From a bacterium UBP8_UBA817 (lineage in GTDB: Bacteria; Margulisbacteria; Marinamargulisbacteria; UBA817): 64,000 bases of DNA. The notes under the pieces were generated by a model. It was given only the letters and a program-made list of their open reading frames with translations. It was not told where the DNA came from and did no database searches. The DNA is taken from contig DBHX01000055.1 of the NCBI GenBank assembly GCA_002296285.1, positions 297 to 64,296 of the forward strand, given 5' to 3'. Below, piece by piece: positions 10,347-18,927 of this stretch (position 1 is its first letter; every line of letters begins with the position of its first letter). Position numbers and translations under genes: made by a program.

Positions 10347-10448
10347 TTATGAGTCATAAAAATAGAAATATCAAACATTATAATTGATCGTAATGAGTTA
10401 TAAAATAATATATTTAGCTCAAAAAAAGATAAATAATGAGCTATAAAT
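10347..10448. promoter_or_regulatory. Three direct repeats with a TAATGAGYTATAAAA core, spaced 43-44 bp apart, upstream of fic.
   Basis: The copies are TTATGAGTCATAAAA at 10347, TAATGAGTTATAAAA at 10391 and TAATGAGCTATAAAT at 10434. They lie 40-140 bp upstream of the fic start on the minus strand. Confidence 0.35.
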
Positions 10449-10665
10449 TTTTCGTTTTTAGATTTATCCCGAGAAAGAAACCGGCTTCAATCCAAATATC
10501 TATGTGGACACGTTCAATGAGGATCCACAATTCACAGCAGAAGAGACCATCACACTTGGTGAAGGCCAATGGGTCTTTTCATTAAATTGATTAATTGTTT
10601 AATTCTTTTTTTGTGATTTTTTTGATCAGAGCGGCTGGTTTTTTAACGGAATGTATTGATTTTGA

Positions 10666-11205
10666 CTACTTTTGTGCGTTTTGTTGATGTTTTTTGTGAA
10701 TTTTTGATAGGTTTACGTACTTTTTGGCCCATTGTTGTTGTTTTTCAATGGTGTCTTGGGGCGTGGGCTTGATGATTTTTCCTGGGGTGCCAACCACCAA
10801 TGAAAATGGTGGGATGACTTGGTTTTCAAGGACAACGGCACCAGCGCCAATGATGCTGCCTCGTCCGATTCTGGCGCCAGATAAAATGATGGCGCCAATG
10901 CCAATCAAGCAACATTCTTCAACATGACACCCATGCAAATTGACATGATGCCCAACGGTCACATCGTTTTCAACAATGCAGGGGAGGTCATTTTCAAGGT
11001 GAATGATGCACCCGTCTTGTATGTTTGAGCGTTCGCCAATGACGATTTTGTTAATATCACCTCGCAAAACACTGTTGTACCACACCGAGGCATCTTTTTT
11101 GATGGTGACATCGCCCATCACCTGAGCGCCGGGGGCAATGAAGGCATCTGTATCGACCTGAGGTTGTTTGGTTAATGTGTTTTCGGGGAGATGAAATTGA
11201 ATCAT
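10666..11205 (-). CDS. Gamma-class carbonic anhydrase family protein (hexapeptide-repeat, YrdA/PaaY-like).
   Basis: A left-handed beta-helix hexapeptide repeat pattern with conserved His residues (HHVNLHGCHV). The protein is 179 aa. Confidence 0.8.
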   Translation of the reverse strand: MIQFHLPENTLTKQPQVDTDAFIAPGAQVMGDVTIKKDASVWYNSVLRGDINKIVIGERSNIQDGCIIHLENDLPCIVENDVTVGHHVNLHGCHVEECCLIGIGAIILSGARIGRGSIIGAGAVVLENQVIPPFSLVVGTPGKIIKPTPQDTIEKQQQWAKKYVNLSKIHKKHQQNAQK

Positions 11206-11395
11206 GGTGATACTTTATCTTAAATTGATGTTTGAATACAATATAAGTTGTGAATTTATCGATATATGTTGTGAAAGGGCATGATTGAAAGGGTCGGTGT
11301 TGAGTTGATTTGGTTCATTTTATTGTATTTTTTGACGACTTTACATGTTTTCACGTATAATTTGAATAGATTCAACACCTTGGAGATAACAACCT

Positions 11396-12136
11396 ATGGC
11401 AGGTCATAATAAATGGTCGAAAGTTAAACATATAAAAGCCAAAGAAGATGCAAAAAAAGGCAAGGCATTTTCAAAGGTTGGTCGTGATATTACCATTGCG
11501 GCGCGTCAAGGTGGGGATAACCCAGACATGAACCCGGCGTTGCGTTTGGCCATACAAAAAGCCCGAGATGTCAATATGCCCAAAGACAATATCCAGCGTG
11601 CCATTGAAAAAGGTGCTGGTACAGGTGAGGGGAATGCATTGGAAGAAATTATCTATGAAGCCTATGCGCCCGGTGGGGTGGCCATTTTGATTCGATCCTT
11701 AACAGACAACAAAAACCGAACGGTTCCCAATGTTCGTGCCGCGCTATCAAAGGCCGGTGGTAGTTTGGCCAGTTCCGGTGCTGTGAGCTACTTGTTTGAG
11801 AAAAAAGGGGTGCTGTTGTTTGATGATGATTGTGATTCTGATCATGTCATGGAATTGGCCATTGAGTCGGGGGCCGATGATGTGGATGTGCAGGATGATG
11901 GTTCCGTTGAAGTAACCACCACTCCCGAGGGGTTTGAGTCTGTGGTTGCCGCATTTAACGCGTCTTCTGTGGGGTATTTGGACGCCTCAATTGAGATGGT
12001 ACCTCAAACCCGCATTTTATTGGACATTGAAAAGGCAAAGGGTTTTTTAAAACTCATCGATAAGTTGGAAGACGATGACGATATCCAAGACGTTTTTCAT
12101 AATGCAGAGTTTCCCGATGAGGCCGTGGAGGGTTAG
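11396..12136 (+). CDS. yebC: YebC/PmpR family DNA-binding transcriptional regulator.
   Basis: An N-terminal MAGHNKWSKVKHIKAKEDAKKGKAFSK segment that is diagnostic of the YebC family. The protein is 246 aa. Confidence 0.9.
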   Translation: MAGHNKWSKVKHIKAKEDAKKGKAFSKVGRDITIAARQGGDNPDMNPALRLAIQKARDVNMPKDNIQRAIEKGAGTGEGNALEEIIYEAYAPGGVAILIRSLTDNKNRTVPNVRAALSKAGGSLASSGAVSYLFEKKGVLLFDDDCDSDHVMELAIESGADDVDVQDDGSVEVTTTPEGFESVVAAFNASSVGYLDASIEMVPQTRILLDIEKAKGFLKLIDKLEDDDDIQDVFHNAEFPDEAVEG

Positions 12137-15100
12137 ATGAAGCGGTTACTAATTGGTTTGTTTGTACTTCTTTTTTCGGTGGATGGATTTTCGGCCATTA
12201 CTGTATCCGATTTTGAACAAATTAATCTCGGTCGTGTTATTCGAGAAACTGAAACGGGTGCATTAAAGTTTGTGATTGTATCTGATGAGGCTGCTGGTGA
12301 GGTATGGACCCAATTAAAAATAAATAGTGTCAATCTGTTTGATGCTTCAGACCAATCAAAAATTACGGATGTTAATTTGTATTATGATGATGGTGATGGG
12401 GTATTTGATTCTGGCGATTCTGGCGATTCTGTGATTTCTGTAACAAAAACAATTACTGCAGATAATTTTGAATTTGATTTTACGGAATCCATCGATACGA
12501 CTCAAAAAACAATCATTATTACGTTTAAATCGGGTTCAACGATTCCTTTAACATCGGCCCCGGATATTCAACTAACTGAGTTGAATGGTGGTACAGCCGC
12601 AAATGGAATACAAACGGCTGCTAAAAAAATAGATATTGTTGGGCTGGATGTTGCTTTTGACGATTTGTCATCGGTCGAAGAGCTTGTTTATGATGCTGAC
12701 GCAACTAAGTTTCCTTTGCTTGAATTTAAATTAACGCCGGATACTGGTGAAGCTGGTTATTTTATTGAAAATATTATTGTTAACAATAGTCAAAATAACT
12801 TTGATGCAACAGAAACAAATCATGGGGTATCTGCTTTGCACTTATATAAAGAATCAGATGATGAGGCTGCTGATCCACCTGTTACCTTTGATGCTTCAAC
12901 AGACACCTTACTTAAGTCGATTACGAATGTTAGTGGTGATCCTGTGACCTTTAACTCCACAAATGCAGCCACCTTTTCATTTGATTTATCTGATGGCGAT
13001 AACCGAAAAATTACGGATAAAAAAACATTTTACGTTGTGGCGGATGTTGGCCCATCAACAAACATTGAAATCAATGACACGGCAGTCCAAATAAATGCGA
13101 AGGTGACAAGCTTAACAGGCACAGGTGTGGGCTCAAGTTATTCCTATGGGCCAATTAATATTTCCGGTGAAGACCATAATAATCGATCGGTTTCTTTGGC
13201 GGGCATGATCATTAAATCTGTTGAAAATATTTTTCCGAGCATGAACGCGGCTGCGGGATTAATCGATATTCCCATTTTAAAGTTTGTTGCTAAGTCGGTG
13301 GGTGTAAAGACACGTTTAAAGAAATTGGTCATAAGCAACGATGCCAATACGTTTGATGTTAATTCAAACCAATCTGGGATTACCAATTTGTCCCTGGTTT
13401 TAGAAGATGGTTGTGACACAAACCCACCAAGCTATGATTCTGACTCATGTTTGGGCGAGTATACTGGTTATGGGGTTGACGGACCAAATAATAGCCCTAA
13501 CTTGGATAGCATCATTGAAGATGCTGATGCGTCAAATTATTCAGAGAAAATTACAGAGATTGGTGTCGGTAAAACATCAAATTCTTTTTTTCAAATTACG
13601 AGTGAGTCTTCTGCAACGTTTGATCATATTGGCACCGGAACGGCGGCAGGTGCTTTTAAAGAATTTGATGATGACATTGGGACGAACCTTGATGTAGATA
13701 CTGGTAAAGAGAGGGCGTTTTACATTTTGGCCGATTTTGGTGCGAATATGAGTTCTGGGCAGTCCGTGAGTTTGAACATAAGTGCGGATACCAGGGCGAG
13801 TTATGATAATAATTCTGATAATGATTATACAAATGATGATAATTATAGTGCGTTAAAAATTGGGTCATCATTACCTTTAACAGTGGCACCTACCCAATCG
13901 ATTACGGTTGTTGATCCTCAGTTAACCATCAAAACACCTTTGGATGTGGCCATTGGGGACAATGAGGTTGGGCTTTTTTGTGATACAGATATGGATGCCA
14001 ATTGCACGAATGGTGCTGGCGGCACAAAGAAGTTGGTGGCGGGCATGTATGATGTGCTGATGTATGTGTTTGATTTCGATGCCTCGATTTCATTATCTGG
14101 GGTTTCTTTTGAATTTCAATCCCCCAACCGCTATTTTAGTCAGGAAAGCATTGGCATATCAAAACTATCGCTGTATTTAGACAAAGACAAAAATGGGGCC
14201 TTGGGGTCTGGCGATATCTTTTTGGGGTCTACGGATGCCTTTACTAATTCGGGCAAGACAGGAACGATTTCAAATGTTTCTTTGCCACAGGGAAAGGATC
14301 AAAAATTATTGTTGTTGTTTGATATTGGGCAACGTGTGTCAGATTCAACGGATCAACTGTCTATTCAGTTATCCAATGTGATTGCTTCTGATAATGTTGT
14401 TGCCGGAATGTTTCCCAATCCCATTTCGCCGTACACGTATAATGTGGTGGCGCATAAACTGAAATTGCAAAAATTAATATCGGATATTTCTGATACCAAT
14501 GTGATTACCCAAGCGTCAACGTTTGATGTAACGGCGTACGTTGAGCCAACAGAGGAAGTAGATGAGCATGAAATTCAATTGATTCAGGTGGGGTCTACGG
14601 GCGTTCCCTTATCGAGCCCTAAATTTTATTTGGGTGGGGTGTCCGGTAGCAATCGCACCTATGAGTTTTCTCACACTTTTTTGCCTGATGTGAGTTATGC
14701 AGCGAACAATTTATTTGATAATCATGATACAGACTCGTTGGGTGCTGGTGTTGCGCTCAATTTGGTGTATCGTGTATCGGCTGCAAACATTACATCGGAA
14801 GGCAATTACCTGATTGACTTTGATGTTTATTATAAGATGACGGATGAGGCTTATTTGTTATCGTCAAGAACAACCAATGAACCAGTGAATATACGATTGA
14901 CCCGTTCGAAAGGGGCGGGCACGGATTATAAATCAGCCGTTGCGTTATCGGGAAGTAGCAGTGAGGCCAAGAGTGACAAAATCACACCATCGATGACCAC
15001 AACAAATAAAGTGTATACCTGGTCACTTCCAGCCTATATTGAATCGGTGTCGGTTCAAGTCAATAATACCTTTACCTCATTTAACAATTATCAGTCGGTG

Positions 15101-15682
15101 CCTCAAAATGCACAATTAAAGATTCAATTTATCGATAGTGGGCAAGATATTGACCCCAGTTCGTTATCGTTGCAATTGAATGGCACCACCCTTAAATCGG
15201 AGTCCGAGATATCGGTCAATTCATCGGAGGCCTATTATGAGTATGATGCGTTGTCTGGCGAGTTATTGGTGAGCTCCATTGGGGATGCCAGTGGCACATT
15301 GACTGTATCAGCGAATGATAATTTTGGACAGGCCTATCCGTCAGCCCCATTGATTTTCTTTACGAGTGCCACGTTGGAAATTGAAAAGTTTTTTGTGTAT
15401 CCCAATCCGTTTTCCCCATCCATTCGATCATCTGGCGTGACTTTTGGGTTCTCATTAACCCAATCCGCGACAGTGAGTATTAAGGTATATGATGCCATGG
15501 GCCGTGAAATTAGTCAGGTGCCAGCACAAACCCTTGGTATGGGGTATCAAACCATAAGTTGGGATGCCATTATTGCTTCATCATCAAAATTTATACCTTC
15601 TGGCACCTATTATTTGAAACTAACGGCAACGGATACCGATGGGGCTTCGAAAGTGGCGACCACGAAATTGGCGGTGTATTGA
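12137..15682 (+). CDS. Large secreted Asp-rich (Ca-binding-like) protein with a C-terminal T9SS-CTD/FlgD-Ig-like sorting domain.
   Basis: A signal peptide (MKRLLIGLFVLLFSVDGFSA) and D-x-D-G-D-rich motifs (YYDDGDGVFDSGDSGDS). The C-terminal beta-sandwich segment (FFVYPNPFSPS...VTFGFSLTQSATVSIKVYDAMGREI...GTYYLKL) resembles the Por-secretion CTD/FlgD-Ig family. Confidence 0.7.
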   Translation: MKRLLIGLFVLLFSVDGFSAITVSDFEQINLGRVIRETETGALKFVIVSDEAAGEVWTQLKINSVNLFDASDQSKITDVNLYYDDGDGVFDSGDSGDSVISVTKTITADNFEFDFTESIDTTQKTIIITFKSGSTIPLTSAPDIQLTELNGGTAANGIQTAAKKIDIVGLDVAFDDLSSVEELVYDADATKFPLLEFKLTPDTGEAGYFIENIIVNNSQNNFDATETNHGVSALHLYKESDDEAADPPVTFDASTDTLLKSITNVSGDPVTFNSTNAATFSFDLSDGDNRKITDKKTFYVVADVGPSTNIEINDTAVQINAKVTSLTGTGVGSSYSYGPINISGEDHNNRSVSLAGMIIKSVENIFPSMNAAAGLIDIPILKFVAKSVGVKTRLKKLVISNDANTFDVNSNQSGITNLSLVLEDGCDTNPPSYDSDSCLGEYTGYGVDGPNNSPNLDSIIEDADASNYSEKITEIGVGKTSNSFFQITSESSATFDHIGTGTAAGAFKEFDDDIGTNLDVDTGKERAFYILADFGANMSSGQSVSLNISADTRASYDNNSDNDYTNDDNYSALKIGSSLPLTVAPTQSITVVDPQLTIKTPLDVAIGDNEVGLFCDTDMDANCTNGAGGTKKLVAGMYDVLMYVFDFDASISLSGVSFEFQSPNRYFSQESIGISKLSLYLDKDKNGALGSGDIFLGSTDAFTNSGKTGTISNVSLPQGKDQKLLLLFDIGQRVSDSTDQLSIQLSNVIASDNVVAGMFPNPISPYTYNVVAHKLKLQKLISDISDTNVITQASTFDVTAYVEPTEEVDEHEIQLIQVGSTGVPLSSPKFYLGGVSGSNRTYEFSHTFLPDVSYAANNLFDNHDTDSLGAGVALNLVYRVSAANITSEGNYLIDFDVYYKMTDEAYLLSSRTTNEPVNIRLTRSKGAGTDYKSAVALSGSSSEAKSDKITPSMTTTNKVYTWSLPAYIESVSVQVNNTFTSFNNYQSVPQNAQLKIQFIDSGQDIDPSSLSLQLNGTTLKSESEISVNSSEAYYEYDALSGELLVSSIGDASGTLTVSANDNFGQAYPSAPLIFFTSATLEIEKFFVYPNPFSPSIRSSGVTFGFSLTQSATVSIKVYDAMGREISQVPAQTLGMGYQTISWDAIIASSSKFIPSGTYYLKLTATDTDGASKVATTKLAVY

Positions 15683-17949
15683 TGGTGAAATATTTATTTC
15701 TTTGGTTAATCTGTGCACTTCCAATTTTGGGTCAAACAACGCAGATGGGGGCCGTGAATATTCAAACATCCATGACATCAGCGGACATTGCATCGTTTGG
15801 TCGCATTACGCCATATGAAACCCAATCGATTGGCAATGTGCTTATTAATCCCGCCTCGTTGGGTGGCATTTCATTTAATCAAATGACGGTGTCCACCTAT
15901 CAATTGTCATCGCAGTTTGATTATCGTCATTTTAATTTTGTTATTCCTTATGGTGATTTGGTGTATGGGATTTCTTATGGTACCAATATTACTTCAGGGT
16001 TTATTGAAACGGACATAAACAATGGGGTGATTTATGATATCGGATCATTCTCCTCAGGTTTTGACGTGTTGCATTTGTCAATGGGGCAAAAAATTAATGA
16101 AGGGTTTTTCTTTATTGATCACTTTAATTATGGGTTTGGTTTGAGTATGTTGACGCAGGTGATCGGTTCCGAGCGTCGTTCACCCGGGTATGGACTGGAT
16201 GTTGGCGTGATTGCCACGACATTTTTTGATCAGTTTTGGTTGGATCGTGTGGATGTTGGGTTTTCCGTTATTAATGCCGTATCCACGGGGTTGCCGTCTT
16301 GGACCTATGATGCCAATGTGGGGACCAGTGAGCAACAGTTGATTGAACGACAAATCTATACCGGTGCAAAGTTTAATTTATTTAACTATTCAACGGCCAT
16401 TCATACGGGCGCCTATGTTCAAGGATTTTCGTTAAGAGATCTAATGTTTGGGATGGATTTTCAAGTAGCGAATGGCTTAAATGTGCGATTATCTACAACT
16501 TATGATATGTTGCAGGGACAGGAATTTATTTATAATTTTGGGTCAGGGCTCATGTTAAAACGTGTCGCAGGGTTTGGGAACAGTGTGTATGATATGTCGG
16601 TGGACTATAATTACACCATGTACCCGTTCCCGAGGTCCAATGATCCATCACATACCATTAGTATGACATTTTTAGGTCAATCAACCGATCAACGACCGGT
16701 GGTTCTTCTTCCTGAAAAATCCTATGATACCGATCAACCAACCGCTAGTTTTTCGGGAACGTCTGATCGCAATGCCTTTATTTATATTTACAATGGTGAA
16801 AGCTTGGTTGGCCAAGTGGCGGCGAATAATAATGGGAAATGGGAAGTCAATGATTTGTTTTTAGATGTTGGATATAACGCCATTACGTTTCGTTCAAAGT
16901 CGGGTACGAATGATTTGTCCAAACCATCCCCTCCGGTTGTTGTCCATTTTGATCAAAGCCCCCCTGTAATTTCAACTGAACTTGATATTATGTCGGATCA
17001 GGTATCCATTCGCTTGACATCAAATGAACCATTAAAAGAAGCACGCTTGGTATCTGGCAATGAAACCTTGCGATTCAAAAAGATTTCGGATGCGATCTAT
17101 ACATTGGCGGTTCCATTGCCCCCTGAAATGAAGTCTGGAAACCCATTGCCAGAAAAAATGATGTCCTATGATATCGTTGCCATGGATCGCATTGGCAATC
17201 AATCACCCACAGAATCCGTTTCTTTTTTTGTTGAACCGTTATTTCCAGCGGATCAAGCGGTAGTGTATAACGATGCCATTACCGTATTGGGGTATGCGTC
17301 GCCTTATGTGGAGGCTATTTCTGTGAACGGGAAACGCATTGAAACCGATAAAAACAATGGGTTCTCAAAATCCGTGCAATTGAATTATGGGAAGCAATTG
17401 GTTGAATTAAATGTGAAAACAAGAAATGGGCAGCGGTTGAACTATTATGCTCGGTTATTGTGCATGAAGCGTTTTTCAGATATTCCAAAGTTTGCAAAGT
17501 ATCGTCGTGATATCGAGTTCTTAGCCACTCTTGGGTATGTGTCCGGAAAAGACGATGGATTATTTCATCCGGAAGAAGAAATGACACGACGGGATGTTAC
17601 ATTGGCCATTGCAAAACAACGAAATATTGAGCCCAAGGCATTGGATTATGACCCATTCTTGGATGTTTCTAAATCAGATCCTGATGCTGGGATTATATCT
17701 GCAGCCGTTGATGCCGGCATTACTTATGCATTTGCAGATGGTACTTTTAAACCGGATGAAAAGGTATCCGTTGCCAATGCTTTTAAGATGTTAAATAACT
17801 CCGGTGTGATTGATAGTGAGGATATTGTTGTGAGTAAAAAGCCCATTAAGCGGTATGAATTTGCGCTTTATTTTAAACAAGTTCGTCGTTATGATCAGCG
17901 GGTGATTTACCTGATGGATTGGGACCAGGGGTATAAACTTCCGAAGTAA
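15682..17949 (+). CDS. Beta-rich envelope protein with Ig-like domains and C-terminal SLH (S-layer homology) domains. The start was corrected to the ATG that overlaps the upstream stop (TGATG).
   Basis: A signal peptide (MVKYLFLWLICALPILG) and an N-terminal beta-rich region with alternating hydrophobic residues. Two C-terminal SLH-like segments are present: FSDIPKFAKYRRDIEFLATLGYVSGKDDGLFHPEEEMTRRDVTLAIAK, and DPDAGIISAAVDAGITYAFADGTFKPDEKVS. Confidence 0.65.
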   Translation: MVKYLFLWLICALPILGQTTQMGAVNIQTSMTSADIASFGRITPYETQSIGNVLINPASLGGISFNQMTVSTYQLSSQFDYRHFNFVIPYGDLVYGISYGTNITSGFIETDINNGVIYDIGSFSSGFDVLHLSMGQKINEGFFFIDHFNYGFGLSMLTQVIGSERRSPGYGLDVGVIATTFFDQFWLDRVDVGFSVINAVSTGLPSWTYDANVGTSEQQLIERQIYTGAKFNLFNYSTAIHTGAYVQGFSLRDLMFGMDFQVANGLNVRLSTTYDMLQGQEFIYNFGSGLMLKRVAGFGNSVYDMSVDYNYTMYPFPRSNDPSHTISMTFLGQSTDQRPVVLLPEKSYDTDQPTASFSGTSDRNAFIYIYNGESLVGQVAANNNGKWEVNDLFLDVGYNAITFRSKSGTNDLSKPSPPVVVHFDQSPPVISTELDIMSDQVSIRLTSNEPLKEARLVSGNETLRFKKISDAIYTLAVPLPPEMKSGNPLPEKMMSYDIVAMDRIGNQSPTESVSFFVEPLFPADQAVVYNDAITVLGYASPYVEAISVNGKRIETDKNNGFSKSVQLNYGKQLVELNVKTRNGQRLNYYARLLCMKRFSDIPKFAKYRRDIEFLATLGYVSGKDDGLFHPEEEMTRRDVTLAIAKQRNIEPKALDYDPFLDVSKSDPDAGIISAAVDAGITYAFADGTFKPDEKVSVANAFKMLNNSGVIDSEDIVVSKKPIKRYEFALYFKQVRRYDQRVIYLMDWDQGYKLPK

Positions 17950-17956
17950 TTTTTAA

Positions 17957-18859
17957 ATGATGACGACGCTTAGGGTAGGTCTTATGGGCGCAGGGGCAGT
18001 GGGTTGTTTTTACGCGGGGCATATGGCCAAAAAAGGGGCCCAGGTCACCATTTTAACGCGATGCCCTGAGGTGTATGATTCACCCATTTGTATTAACTCG
18101 GTGAATGGTGATTTTTCATTTACACCTGCCGCTATTCGATCCATTCATGAGCCTGTCGATGTTGATGTGCTTATTCTTGCGACCAAGGCCTTGCCGTCCA
18201 TTGATCAAGTGGCATTGATTCGGCCATTTATGTCAAACCAAACAAAGTTGATGGTGATTCAAAATGGGATTTTTGTTGAAGATGATTTGTTGAAGGCGTT
18301 TCAGCAACCCATATTTCGTTGTTTGGCCTTTATATGTGTGTCTCGTTTATCACGAACCCAAATTCATCATATGGATTTTGGGGCACTGTCCATGGGGTGC
18401 TTAAATGCTGATTTGGATTTATTTTCTGAGGACCCGTTGATCGACTTGCTAAAGGATTTGGATATTCCGTTTCGATTGACGCAGCGTATTCAACAATCGA
18501 TATGGGAAAAACTGGTATGGAATGCGCCGTTTAATCCACTGTCTGTGCTTTGTGGTGGGCTTACAACGGAGCAATTACTTATGGATTCTGATATTACAGC
18601 ACGCGTGATTGCCATTATGAAAGAGGTTCAATTGGTTGCCACTAGCGCCGGTGTGACCATTACCGATGACTTTATTCAACAAAAAATCGAACAAACCCGA
18701 CAAATGGCGCCGTATAAAACCAGCATGTGTTTGGATTATGAGGCGGGTTTGGCGATTGAGGTGGATGCTATTTTAGGAAACCTGTTAAACTATGCGGATC
18801 AACAGTCGGTTCATATCCCTCAAATTTATCGTCTTTACAATGACCTGAAGACATTGTGA
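17957..18859 (+). CDS. panE: 2-dehydropantoate 2-reductase (ketopantoate reductase, ApbA/PanE family).
   Basis: An N-terminal Rossmann motif (LMGAGAVGCFYAGHMAKKGAQVTILTR) and a C-terminal ApbA_C-like region. The protein is 300 aa. Confidence 0.78.
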   Translation: MMTTLRVGLMGAGAVGCFYAGHMAKKGAQVTILTRCPEVYDSPICINSVNGDFSFTPAAIRSIHEPVDVDVLILATKALPSIDQVALIRPFMSNQTKLMVIQNGIFVEDDLLKAFQQPIFRCLAFICVSRLSRTQIHHMDFGALSMGCLNADLDLFSEDPLIDLLKDLDIPFRLTQRIQQSIWEKLVWNAPFNPLSVLCGGLTTEQLLMDSDITARVIAIMKEVQLVATSAGVTITDDFIQQKIEQTRQMAPYKTSMCLDYEAGLAIEVDAILGNLLNYADQQSVHIPQIYRLYNDLKTL

Positions 18860-18927
18860 ATTTGCTTTATTTTCTTGATGTTTAATTTCCACTGAAACTG
18901 GGAATAACAAATAGTTCAGGAGAATTT

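Noticed and set aside
15559-15681. An upstream start (15559) for the SLH-domain gene, as given in the ORF track.
   Set aside because: The extension overlaps the preceding gene by 123 nt and lacks a signal peptide. The internal ATG at 15682 overlaps the upstream stop (TGATG) and is followed directly by a signal peptide.
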